From NCBI GenBank assembly GCA_001600695.1, contig BCKQ01000001.1:973114-1037113 (forward strand): a stretch of 64,000 nt of DNA, in the 5' to 3' direction. Both the position numbers and the translations under genes were made by a program. This document shows positions 13,901-24,074 of the stretch, piece after piece. The stretch's first letter is position 1, and every line of letters begins with the position of its first letter. Origin of the DNA: Ascoidea asiatica JCM 7603 (Eukaryota > Fungi > Ascomycota). Under the pieces are notes generated by a model. The model did not search any database, was not told the DNA's origin, and saw only the letters and a list, made by a program, of their open reading frames with translations.

Positions 13901-16532
13901 TAGTCTAAACATTAATTTCAATTCGACTGGGAATACAAATGGATCAAAAACTATTAGATTTTCAAGTTTAAATAATAATAATAATGGTCATAATTTTGGA
14001 GGAGGATCTTTTTCTGCAATTAAAAGAAGAAAAGCTCTTATGGAAGTTGTTGAAGAAAATGAAGGAATTGTTTATTTGAACAGACAATTTAGGAATATTT
14101 TAACTCAAAAAAGTGGAAATGGATATGAAGTTGATTTTCGAACCGTGAGGAGGGACGTTGCCGAGTTACAAAAGCAGGGTAAGCTCGTAGTACACAATTT
14201 CAACCTTTTGCTCCAAAACAATCAATCCATTCCTAGAAAGTTGGTAATGGTTCCAAGTCTTGTTTCAGATATCAACAAGATTCAGTCCATGAAGGATAGG
14301 GCTCAATTGGAACATGAAAAAAAGAATTATACCAAGCCTAACTTCAATGTCATGGATGTGGATGTTACATTGTATAATTCAGACTTTGAGAACGCTCTAA
14401 AACCCAAGCCACCCAAGATTAAAAAAGATAAGAATATTGATAAAGATGGTGAAATAAAATTGAAAAGAGAGAAAGCAATGTTGAAGAAATTAGAAAAACG
14501 AAAGAAAAGAGAAGATGCTAAAAAATTGAAGGCTCTTAAAAAGGCCAATGGTGAATTTGATGGAGATTTAAAAAAAAAGAAGAAGAAATCAAGTAAAGGT
14601 GTTAGAAAATCTAGTGGTAATCGAAAATCTAAAAAAGATAAAGATAAGGATAAGGACAATGATAAGTATGGTAAAAATGGCAATTCTGAAGGAAATGAAG
14701 GTGATGACAATAATGGTGAAAATAATAATAATCATAATAATAATAATAGTAGCAAACATAATAGTAATAATTCTAATAACTCTAATAATAATGAAAATAA
14801 TTCTGATTCTAATTCAAGTTCTCTGGAGGGTGATAATAGTGAAGAAGAAGAAGACGATGAAATGGTTGTTTCTAAAAAATTAACGTTTCAAGGAAGAAAA
14901 AGAAAAAGAGGTACAACAAAATCTAATAATTCAACAAAAGTTTCAAAAACAAATAATGGTATAAAAAATACATTAAATAAAAGGAAAAGTAGAATGAAAT
15001 ATGAGCTTAATCAAGAAGAAGCTATTACATTATTTAGAGCCATTACAATTACTAGAACACTTTCAGCCCAAGGATTAATTGCTTGGGATAAAATTGCAGA
15101 ATATTTTGGTAATACAACACAATTAATTTTAAGAAAAAAATGGCCAAAAATTAGAAAAATTATTGGTGGTGAAAAAGGAACAAAACAAGCATTTGATGCA
15201 TGGGAAAAGATATTATTAAATTCAATTGAAAAAAAAGAAATTAATTATGAAGATGTTGTAAATGTTAATCTTAAAAAATTTCTTAAAATTTGGAAAGATG
15301 TTGAAGGTACTGAATTACCTAATAAAGATCCATTTGAATTTTATGATGAAATTGAAGATAATAGAAAAAAATATGTATTTATTGGAGAAGAAGAATCAAT
15401 TCAAAATGCATGTGATGATTATTGTTCAGAAAAATCTATGATTCAAAGATTTAATGCAATTGCAAATCATACATTTTTTTATAAATATAAAATTAGTGAA
15501 AAGGATTTGGAAAAAAGTTTTAAAAATAAAAATAAAAAAATTCTTAATAAAAGTAGGAATAATAATCATAAAGATATTTATAGTGAAAATGAGTTTGTAA
15601 CTGATTTTGAAAGTGAAATTGAAAGTGAGAAAGAAAAGGAAAATAAAGATGAAGATAAAAATAATATTGAGATTGAAGAAAAAGAAAAAGAAGAAGAAGA
15701 TAATAATAGTGTTGAAAAAAAGAAAAGGAAAGAAATTGTTAAACAAACAATTAAAGCAATTTTTGCTACAGATCCTAAAAATTATACAGCAGAAGCTTCC
15801 AAAAAGATTTTAAAACAATTTAGTGAAAAAGAATGTACAGAAGCCTTAAAAGAAATGGATAAAGAAAAACAAATAATTTTTCAATTAAAACCAGGTACAC
15901 CAAATTTTATTTTAACGGAAGAAGTTTTAAATCCAATTGAAGGATTTAAAATTGATGATTCATTTTTTGAAGATAGTAAAAAATTTTATAATATTTTAAC
16001 AGAAATTTTAAATTCAGAACAAGCTTTAGTACTTTCACCAGCAATTGGTAATGGATCAATGGCATTATTAATTGATTTAGGAATTTTAATGAAAAAGATT
16101 AATTTTTTTAGATCAGATAAAATAGTTACATCAATTTTAACAAATTATATTTCTAGAGAACTTGAAAGAGAGAAATTAGATTGTGATATAATAGTTAAAA
16201 AAAAATTAGATGTTAATTTATTAGATGAGAAATTGTTACCAATAATTCCAGTACCCAATGGATTACCATGTTGCAAGATATGGATTGATGTTCAAGGTAA
16301 TATTAATTTAAAGATTTGGAGAAGAATTATTATTATTATACTATCGTTAATTGTTTTTAGACCAGGTATAACATTTGAAAATATTTTTAAGAAAATTAAA
16401 ATTTTAGTCACACAAGATGAATTAAAAGAAGTTTTTGATTGGATGGTCAAAAAGAAATGTATTGGAACCAGAAAATTACATGATTGTGAATATTTCTGGG
16501 TTCAACCTGGATGGATAAATATTCTTGAATAA
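10986..16532 (+). CDS. TFC3: TFIIIC B-block-binding subunit tau138
   Basis: N-terminus SLDELVDYIIEQVAY, winged-helix motif GQDPRSLTSRIK, and C-terminal IWIDVQGNIN..WRR..IVFRPGI and YFWVQPGW, typical of Tfc3/Sfc3. Long low-complexity insertions. Confidence 0.9.
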   Translation: MSAVCSLDELVDYIIEQVAYESDDGLSLNLLWNIIKLKLNLNPNQNLSIDFKTSIWKLLINEKDLLLYDKIINNDNNIDNLNRISIKKNYINLISNDINNDIDKNLILKLNLDHQYLILTGENKLNSNIGINSFNILKLIIKKKYNGLLVLDIPKFIGQDPRSLTSRIKILKKKNLINSIQITHSKRITHILVYYKFFNQFNSLYNNQNNQNNQNDQNIDNDYYIHSISKKLIVDLIKNAPNNIRSVRDLKIQLNLNNLNSNKRSFKNLINSLVTNNYLKKVLAPTKINSNKKLLCLLYLKDFNSTSNNDNNNNNDSDSNDEFDSDSDLDLDLDSDEDSNEDNEENENQIENQELEIENEIENKNKINLNTHSIPLINSLFPLENQLLKLSEISKNNGISTMFLQKKTLGCNTSRTFHKYMDLFTISINNNNNNNLNNLINNITDININDYYKIIRGYDFSGKTKFYRYFSKINYISNFNNNIDFNNYNNINKFNLINEKKNYDNLPIVNFNNLKFFKSSLTSNPLHLMKDEFNNFYIIWHGMERSIYSLKSINYFKFTIINGNLKEIQLNDKKNLSPSKNNINKIVTKPNGKPRGRPRKIIDESKIVKPKIKGKRGRPKKVTNKIEKISKIEKIIEINKENSTNNNDNDINIKENNNKKNDKDKSNDNTNNTTDEEMVDALETIESNKVDKVNDVNEVDNTNDVNEFDKTDKVIEISNVDKVNDVNNTDEINEVLSNINEKVSLPNTSNENMSKETINESSKENNISSDVIDPSIHNDSSTNSTYYTASSKGELNNSNPNSKENEIVSDFNKNDNIVDQDTTMIENNSQNSVCTTVANDINEKSIEKNIEENIEKNNSTTTENKEEINVEKSDENIAENIVEEDIEYNKNQNQIPSDKAGEMLIEASIDMSIAKQSVLVNDSLKGDYLQIPETNYLTEQEDNNDNNDNNDNNDNDIIINDLNQIKMQRPLDSLNINFNSTGNTNGSKTIRFSSLNNNNNGHNFGGGSFSAIKRRKALMEVVEENEGIVYLNRQFRNILTQKSGNGYEVDFRTVRRDVAELQKQGKLVVHNFNLLLQNNQSIPRKLVMVPSLVSDINKIQSMKDRAQLEHEKKNYTKPNFNVMDVDVTLYNSDFENALKPKPPKIKKDKNIDKDGEIKLKREKAMLKKLEKRKKREDAKKLKALKKANGEFDGDLKKKKKKSSKGVRKSSGNRKSKKDKDKDKDNDKYGKNGNSEGNEGDDNNGENNNNHNNNNSSKHNSNNSNNSNNNENNSDSNSSSLEGDNSEEEEDDEMVVSKKLTFQGRKRKRGTTKSNNSTKVSKTNNGIKNTLNKRKSRMKYELNQEEAITLFRAITITRTLSAQGLIAWDKIAEYFGNTTQLILRKKWPKIRKIIGGEKGTKQAFDAWEKILLNSIEKKEINYEDVVNVNLKKFLKIWKDVEGTELPNKDPFEFYDEIEDNRKKYVFIGEEESIQNACDDYCSEKSMIQRFNAIANHTFFYKYKISEKDLEKSFKNKNKKILNKSRNNNHKDIYSENEFVTDFESEIESEKEKENKDEDKNNIEIEEKEKEEEDNNSVEKKKRKEIVKQTIKAIFATDPKNYTAEASKKILKQFSEKECTEALKEMDKEKQIIFQLKPGTPNFILTEEVLNPIEGFKIDDSFFEDSKKFYNILTEILNSEQALVLSPAIGNGSMALLIDLGILMKKINFFRSDKIVTSILTNYISRELEREKLDCDIIVKKKLDVNLLDEKLLPIIPVPNGLPCCKIWIDVQGNINLKIWRRIIIIILSLIVFRPGITFENIFKKIKILVTQDELKEVFDWMVKKKCIGTRKLHDCEYFWVQPGWINILE

Positions 16533-17158
16533 GAATAATATGATATCAATTGATTATTTCATTTCTTATTAAATGGGTAACTCTATTTCTTATTATTTCT
16601 TGTTATATTTGTGGTTATTTGTGGTTTTGAATGAAAAGAATGTGGTAATGTGAGCTTACGTAAGAATGCGTGGTCCGAGGCTGGGCAGAGCAGTGAACAC
16701 ACGGGCCGGAAGCTAACTGCAGGGCTCTGCTCCGATCCTTCAGAATGGTAACAAAATGGAATATTCCTTAGCCAAGGCAAAAAAAAGGCTATTTTCCAAG
16801 TTGACGTTGAATAGGGAGAAGGAGGAGGAGCAGTTCACATCCGTTGCTTGCTGAGAGTTTGTTAAATGATCTACTAAAGAAACAATGAAATAGAGAGATA
16901 TTGAGATAATGAAAGAATGAAATAATAAAATAATGGTTGATACTTTACTATTTCACTATTTTATATGTGATTCAGATATTATTTAAAGTAGTTTATTAAC
17001 ATATTGTATATTTATTGTATTAGTTATATTTTTTATTCTTTTTTAGTGTGTTTTTGTTAGTTTGTTATTATATACTTTAATTAATTTGTACTTTTGTTTT
17101 TATATTTTATTATTTTTATATTACATATAATATAATTAAGATTAGATAATATTAAAAG

Positions 17159-18115
17159 ATGAATTATTTTGGTAATATGGGTGGTGGAACTTATGATAGA
17201 GTTCAAAGAGAAAATAGTATTTATACTTCAAATACAGTTGATGATCCATTTAGGGAATCATATGAAATGAATCCATTTGGATCAGATAATGAATATGATA
17301 ATGATAATAATAATAATGATAATTTTATTCAATTTAGTAATAAAATGATATCAATTAATAATAAATTAGATGATTTTTCAAGTTATTTAAATAATATAAA
17401 AAGTAAAGAATATGAATTAATTAATGAAATTAATAATGAACAAAAATTAAATAATCAAGAAGAATTAAAAAATTTAATGATTTCTATAAAATCTTTACAA
17501 TATCAAATTAAAAATGATATAAAATCTTTAAGAAATTTATGTAATAATGATTTATTAAAATTAGATCAAACAAATAATATAAAATCAAGATTTATGGAAT
17601 TAATTGAAAAATTTAGAAAAAATGAATTAAATTATTCAAATAAAATTAAAGATGAAAATATTAAAGAATTTAAAATTATTAATCCAAATGCTACAAATGA
17701 TGAAATTAATCAATATCTTAATAGTAATCAAGATAATAATGAAATATTTTCAAATTTCTTATTAGAAACTTCTTCTTCTTCTTCTTTAAAAAAAAAAGAA
17801 AATGAAAAATTAATTAATAATGTAAAATCAAGAAATGAAGAAATTTTAAAAATTGAAAAAGATATGAATGAATTACTTGAATTATTTGAAGAAATGGAAA
17901 CTTTAATAATTGAACAAGATGAAACTTTAGAAGATATTGATACTAATATTTCTCAAACTAATGATAATCTTCATGAAGCTGATATAAAATTTAATCAAGC
18001 ACTTAAAAAAGCAAAAAAATCAAGAAAAAGAAAAATATGGTGTATATTTATTAGTGTTTTAATTGTTTTAATTCTCATAGCAATCATCATAGTTGTAATA
18101 ATCACTCAAACATAA
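17159..18115 (+). CDS. Plasma-membrane syntaxin (Qa-SNARE), Sso1/Sso2-like
   Basis: Habc region with KIINPNATNDEI, SNARE motif (SRNEEILKIEKDMNELLELFEEMETLIIEQDE), polybasic linker, and C-terminal TM beginning KIWC. Confidence 0.88.
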   Translation: MNYFGNMGGGTYDRVQRENSIYTSNTVDDPFRESYEMNPFGSDNEYDNDNNNNDNFIQFSNKMISINNKLDDFSSYLNNIKSKEYELINEINNEQKLNNQEELKNLMISIKSLQYQIKNDIKSLRNLCNNDLLKLDQTNNIKSRFMELIEKFRKNELNYSNKIKDENIKEFKIINPNATNDEINQYLNSNQDNNEIFSNFLLETSSSSSLKKKENEKLINNVKSRNEEILKIEKDMNELLELFEEMETLIIEQDETLEDIDTNISQTNDNLHEADIKFNQALKKAKKSRKRKIWCIFISVLIVLILIAIIIVVIITQT

Positions 18116-18808
18116 TTTTTCTTTTCTATATTTGCTTATTCTCTTCTCTTCTAATAACATAATCAATTTACATAAATATTAATAACAATAAAAGCTCGTT
18201 TATCAATAAAAATTCTTAAAAATAATTAACGTTACCATTTTTCTGTTAATTTGCCCAGAAACAAGAAACAAACTAAAAATAAAAAAAACAAACCGAAATC
18301 TGCAGCTTGGCAATTCCTGCATGCAAATACATACACTTGACTGTCGCCAATTTCATGGACGTACTAAACACGTGGTTTACCCTCGGTTTTTGTTTGTTTA
18401 CTTTTCTTTAATTTTGAATTTTGAATCTTTTTTGTTTTTGTTTTTGTTTTTGATTCTGAATTTGAATTTGAAATTAATTTGAATTCAATTTCGAGATTGA
18501 AATCGAAGTTGAAATTGGACTTTTCGATTCAAACTCATCTGCTTTTGCTTCTTCTGTTACCAAAAACACTTTTGTTAGGTGTGTTTTCATATATTTATTC
18601 AGTGGTTGTTGTGCTTTTGTTTTTGGTTTGTGCTTCGCGTTCTTTGTTTCTTTACCTTTCTTCTCATGCATTCTTAAATTTATATTCCCATTTCAATAAT
18701 AATTATCATTTTATTTACAAATCAAATTAACTCAAGTTAAGTTAACCCAAGTTATTAGTTTCTTCAATCGTTATTATTCACTTGATTCCTTTCTTTAAAT
18801 CATATGAA

Positions 18809-21800
18809 ATGTGGAATTTTAACTCAAATAATGAATCTTCCTATAATCTTAATAATAATTCATCTAATAACAATAACAATAATAATATTTTAAGTTTAAA
18901 ATCAAAATTACAATCAAGAAGAGAAAAATATGCTAATTTAAAAAAAAATTTAGATAATATTGATAATACTATCAATAATAATTTATCCAATAACTTTTTA
19001 TCTAATAATAATTATAATTTAACTAATAATACCGTTAATAAAAGTATTAACAGAACTAAAAAATATAATTATAATAACTATAATTATAATAATGAGAATT
19101 ATAACAATAATCATAATAACAATAACAATTTCAATGAAATTGAAGTAGAGAATGAAAATGAGAATATACTATTAAATAATACTCCTTCAATTTCAAATTT
19201 TAATAAATATGAAAACAGGTATGAAAACAAGTATGAAAACAAATTTGATACATATAACAGGTACGATAAGTATTCTAATGGTTATATAGAAAAAGATAAT
19301 GAAATTTATAAAAACAATTTATATTCAAATAGTGAAAATACTTTAAATTATCAAAATAATGAAAATACTTTAAATTATCAAAATATAAATGGAAATAATG
19401 ATTATAAATATAAAAGAAATACAAATCTTAATATAAATCTCGATAATAACAATAATAACAATAACAACAATAACAATTTATTAAATTCAAAAAATTTATA
19501 TAGATCTAATAAATTAAATAATCCATATTTATCATCATATTCAAGAAATTTTAAAAAATATAATAATATTAATTCAGATTTGAATATTAAAAATGATGAA
19601 AATTTAAATATTAATATTCCTGGTACTTTACCTCATTTTATTAAATCTCCTTCCCTAATAAATAATACTTCATTAGCTTCAAGATATAAAAGTAGAAGTA
19701 ATAATATAAGGTCAGATTCAAACTCAAACCTAAATTCAAATTCAAATTTAAATTTAAATTCAAAACCTAACTCTTCTGGTGGTATATTATCTACCATTGC
19801 TTCAACTGTTTCAAATATTTTCTCACATCCAAAAAATGATAATGATTATAAAATTTCAAAACCAAATAATAATAATAATAATACAACTTCTCTTTATTAT
19901 AAAAGAAAAAGAGATTCAAGAATAAAAAGATTGAATAAGTTACAAAATAAAAAAAATTTATTATTAAATAATTTAAATGATATTAATGATTTAACAAATA
20001 TAAATAATTTAAATAATATATCTAAACAGATTATAACTCCAATATCTCCATTATCCTTAAACTCAAAAAATATTCATCAAACTAATACCAATAATAATAA
20101 TGAAATAAATAATGATATTACGAGAAATAATGATTCAAATCTTGATAAATCTAATCATAACTTTTTATCTGGCTTATTTTCAAGTTTTTATAGTAAGAAA
20201 TCTTCTCCTGAAAAAATAAATCCAACTAAAAAACTTAATAAATCACCAAAAGACTATCACGACTCAAAAGAATCTACATACAAATCCAAAAATGAAAATA
20301 AAAACAATGTTAAGAATATTGAAAAATTGGATGATTTTTCTAATCATTCATCAAATAATAATTTCGAAACTAATCTCATAATACCTAACGAAATAGACTC
20401 TCAGAAACAAACTTATAATTATATTCAAACTCAAAATCGAGATCAAACTGATTATTATCCAAAAGAATATATTTCAAAAGTTTCAAGTAACTTTTCGGAA
20501 AATGAGAAAAGTATACAAATCAAAAACAGTATACCCAAGAATAATAATATCCTTAATGACAATTATAATTTTAATAATGATTATGAATCTCAGAATGAAT
20601 TGGAAAATAATTCAGAAAATTATCTGAAGAATAATTTGGAAAATCCGAAAAAAATTGATAAAGGTAAAAATACCCATAAAAAGAAAAAAATTGAAAAAAT
20701 TAAAAAAATCAAAAAACCTGAAAAAGAAAGAAAAACTGAAAAAATTAAAAAACATAAAAGCTCAAAGAAACACAAAAAATCAAAAGAAAAACAAGAGTCT
20801 AAAAAAGAAAGTGATTTGTCAAACTCTAGTATACAATATACAAATCTGGATACTAATCAAGATACCAGTCAAGATTTTTTTTTAAATCAACTTTTATTAA
20901 GAAAGAAAGAAAAAGAATTACAAGCCAAAGAAGAAGAAATTTTGTCTTTAAGAAAAAAAGAAGAACAAGCAAGATTGAAAGATCAGGAAATCTCATGTTT
21001 AAGTATTAAGGTGAAGGAGTTGGAAGAATTGATTCAAAATTCTATTATTCTGACTTCTAAAAAAAACAATGAAAGATTACGTAGTCCTATGAATTCAGAA
21101 ATTGAAAATATTGTAAACTTTCCACTAAATTCCTCAAAAAAAACTACTCAGCTTAATCAAGAGGATCCCAAAAAAAAAAAAGAAAAAATAAAGTTAATAA
21201 AAGGTTCAAAAAATTCCAAAATTTCTAAAAGTTCAAAATCTTCAAAAATATCTCGAGACTTAAGAAGCATAGGTAATATAAATGATTTAGGGGTTGAAGA
21301 ATTAAAAAACATAAAAATCAATAAAACCAGTAAATCTGGAAAATCTAGTAAATCGGACAAATTGGAGAAAAAAACAAAAAAACTAAAAGCAAATGAAATA
21401 CCTATATTAAAGCCTAGAACGCAGTCATCAAATCTGAAGTTTAATTTTATTTCTAATTCCAATCCTGATAATAAAGACAAAGCTTATAAGTATAACTCCA
21501 TTGTTACGACTAATAATTTTTTGTCACCTGAATCTCATGAAAAGGAGAAAGAAATCAAGTATGTATTAGAAGAAAAACCCTATGAATTTCCAAAAGCAAT
21601 AAAAGAAAAATATAAGATTATAGCGAATAGTATCTATAAAAAAGAACAAGAAAGATCGAGTATAATAGAAAATGAGAGTGTTCTTACTAATAATTTTAAT
21701 AGTTCTAATAATTATGATTCCAATAATCTTCAAAATCCCAAGAATAAACTAAATAATTTCAATAATAATAATTTTAAAAAGCATAGTGATGATCTAGATG

Positions 21801-22075
21801 ATAATGTGAATATGGATAAAACATTTGTGACATTAGATAACATAGTTTTACCAGATTTAAGGCCTAAATCAAATAGTATTTTGGAAAATACAGTAGATAA
21901 TGCTAATTTGGAAAAGAGAAATGATAATATGAATACACTAAAAGAAGATGAAAATGATAGTAATGATGAATTCGACAATACCGAATATCAGGGCAATTTG
22001 AATATTCATGAAAAGTCACTAATTGGATTATCACCAATTAAAGTAACATTTGATTATGAAGAAGCGGATGCTTGA
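18809..22075 (+). CDS. Large Asn/Lys-rich protein with a short coiled coil; function unknown (weak Bbp1-like features)
   Basis: Over 3.2 kb of open frame. First ATG is at 18809 (the track start 18782 is TTG). Coiled coil around KEKELQAKEEEIL; C-terminal LSPIKVTF. Confidence 0.75.
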   Translation: MWNFNSNNESSYNLNNNSSNNNNNNNILSLKSKLQSRREKYANLKKNLDNIDNTINNNLSNNFLSNNNYNLTNNTVNKSINRTKKYNYNNYNYNNENYNNNHNNNNNFNEIEVENENENILLNNTPSISNFNKYENRYENKYENKFDTYNRYDKYSNGYIEKDNEIYKNNLYSNSENTLNYQNNENTLNYQNINGNNDYKYKRNTNLNINLDNNNNNNNNNNNLLNSKNLYRSNKLNNPYLSSYSRNFKKYNNINSDLNIKNDENLNINIPGTLPHFIKSPSLINNTSLASRYKSRSNNIRSDSNSNLNSNSNLNLNSKPNSSGGILSTIASTVSNIFSHPKNDNDYKISKPNNNNNNTTSLYYKRKRDSRIKRLNKLQNKKNLLLNNLNDINDLTNINNLNNISKQIITPISPLSLNSKNIHQTNTNNNNEINNDITRNNDSNLDKSNHNFLSGLFSSFYSKKSSPEKINPTKKLNKSPKDYHDSKESTYKSKNENKNNVKNIEKLDDFSNHSSNNNFETNLIIPNEIDSQKQTYNYIQTQNRDQTDYYPKEYISKVSSNFSENEKSIQIKNSIPKNNNILNDNYNFNNDYESQNELENNSENYLKNNLENPKKIDKGKNTHKKKKIEKIKKIKKPEKERKTEKIKKHKSSKKHKKSKEKQESKKESDLSNSSIQYTNLDTNQDTSQDFFLNQLLLRKKEKELQAKEEEILSLRKKEEQARLKDQEISCLSIKVKELEELIQNSIILTSKKNNERLRSPMNSEIENIVNFPLNSSKKTTQLNQEDPKKKKEKIKLIKGSKNSKISKSSKSSKISRDLRSIGNINDLGVEELKNIKINKTSKSGKSSKSDKLEKKTKKLKANEIPILKPRTQSSNLKFNFISNSNPDNKDKAYKYNSIVTTNNFLSPESHEKEKEIKYVLEEKPYEFPKAIKEKYKIIANSIYKKEQERSSIIENESVLTNNFNSSNNYDSNNLQNPKNKLNNFNNNNFKKHSDDLDDNVNMDKTFVTLDNIVLPDLRPKSNSILENTVDNANLEKRNDNMNTLKEDENDSNDEFDNTEYQGNLNIHEKSLIGLSPIKVTFDYEEADA

Positions 22076-23073
22076 TTGAATTCTGGAACAATCACTTGAA
22101 AAGAATAGATCATTTTTAGGTGGATTTTTTAGTAAATCATTGTTCCTAAGAGCTAAAATATTTAGTTTACTTTAAAACTTCAAGTCTTATCACAAAAGCT
22201 TGACTTCTGAAATATATTCTCTGGAAAATTTCAAAGATTATCCTACCAACTCTTATCTATTGTTACTTTCTGTTGGTTATCTTCTTTATATCTTGTCTTA
22301 TATCTTGTTGTAATGAATGCTTTTTTATGTTTTTTTTTGTAAAAATATCAATTTTTGATTCTATTTTTAAAGGCAGCACAAAACCAGCGCAGACCCAACG
22401 CAGAAGCCATGCGGAACCAATGCAATACCCGACACTGCCTGGGTGAAATGCGCGGGTTCGGAGGCTGAAAGAGGCTTGTGCTCAAATTTGCGCGCGAAAC
22501 CAAAACATTTCTGTTTTTAGCATACGCAGAAAAAAAGAAATCAAAACACGAAAACACAAAAAAAAGGCCAGAAACAAAAAATAAAAAAGTAACCGAATAA
22601 AAGTTATTTGAATCAAAGAGAAGAAAATAAATGAAATAAAATATATTCTAACTTATCTTAACTGGTTTTAGATACACTAAAATATATATCAATCGCTATT
22701 CTTTATATCTTTATCGTTATTGAGGCAATCGCAAGTGTTTGTTCCAGTTGAGAGTCGCTACATTAGAACCCATATATAGAAATTTGCCTAACATTTCAAT
22801 TCTCAAAGAAGCAATTTCCATCTGCATTTGCCAGAAACATAAACACCAATATCTCTCTTAAGATTTCTCTATTTATTAGCTATTGAAAAGCTCAAATACT
22901 GCGAATCAAAGAGTATATGTATATGTATAGGTAGTTATATCAATATATATATGGTTCTGGAGGTATAAAAGTTTTTTCTCAAGGTACAGTCAGTAAATGG
23001 TCACATTTCTTCCATTATATTGAAGTCAATACAATTATAACCCAATCAACTTTGTTTTCAACTTGACTTAAAG

Positions 23074-23610
23074 ATGTTTTCAATAAGCCCAATAAATGCT
23101 GAAACAACAAGTACTTCTAATATCATCACAAATGCAGCTTATACAACAGATTTGGTAGTTGAAACACAACAAACAACAAAAGTTAATATTATAACAAAAA
23201 TAATATCTTCAACTTCAACTAGAAAACCCTCAAGTACTATTCGTACAGTTGTTGTAACTAACTCATTAACTTCAACTGTAGCTGTGACTGTAACTGGTAA
23301 TCCTTCAAGTATAAGTAATCCTAGTAGCTTATCAATAAGTATACTTTCTGGTAGTAATCGTAATATAAATGATGATGATAATAGTGATAGTACAACAATA
23401 ACTAAATCAACAAAATCAACAGATACTTCCAATTCTCACTCAAGTGCGTCTGAAAATATGGCTAATAGTAATAAAATAATTAATATTTTTGGAACAAATA
23501 ATTTTAATAATTTCAATAATAATAACCATGATAATACCAATTTTAATTTTTTTAAAGCAAAAATCGGAGTTTTATTTTTAAGTATATTTGCAACAGCTCT
23601 AGTTTTGTAA
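23074..23610 (+). CDS. Ser/Thr-rich protein with GPI-signal-like hydrophobic C-terminus (putative cell-wall protein; N-terminus uncertain)
   Basis: S/T-rich body, ...SENMANS (omega-site-like) and terminal IGVLFLSIFATALVL. No complete N-terminal signal peptide. Confidence 0.6.
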   Translation: MFSISPINAETTSTSNIITNAAYTTDLVVETQQTTKVNIITKIISSTSTRKPSSTIRTVVVTNSLTSTVAVTVTGNPSSISNPSSLSISILSGSNRNINDDDNSDSTTITKSTKSTDTSNSHSSASENMANSNKIINIFGTNNFNNFNNNNHDNTNFNFFKAKIGVLFLSIFATALVL

Positions 23611-24074
23611 AATATCTTTTTTGATATCAATCATTTGCTTATTCACTTATAGATTTATAAAATTATCAATCCTTTCATTAATTTTCTTCATTTCCTTTTT
23701 CAATATCAATGAATAAGTAAATTAATGACTTTTTTATTTTCTTCTTTTATCTTATTTACATTTTATACATTTTTGCTCAGTTTTATTTGGAATATAAATA
23801 AATAAATAAAAAACAGTTATATTAGACTTTCAGGATAAAATTATATTGATGGTATTTGCTTTGAATTTTGTGTTTTTTATGAAAAGGTTCCTTCTGGACT
23901 CTAGCTTATGTTTCTTTTCCTTTCTTTTCTTTTTTTTTTATTTGTTCTTCTGTTTATGTTTTTTTTTTTTTGTATTGACAATTATTTCAATTTATGTAAC
24001 TTTAATTTTTTTATATATTAATAAATGGTTATTGGTATTTAATTTCATTTTATTTCTCAGTAAATGAATAAATA

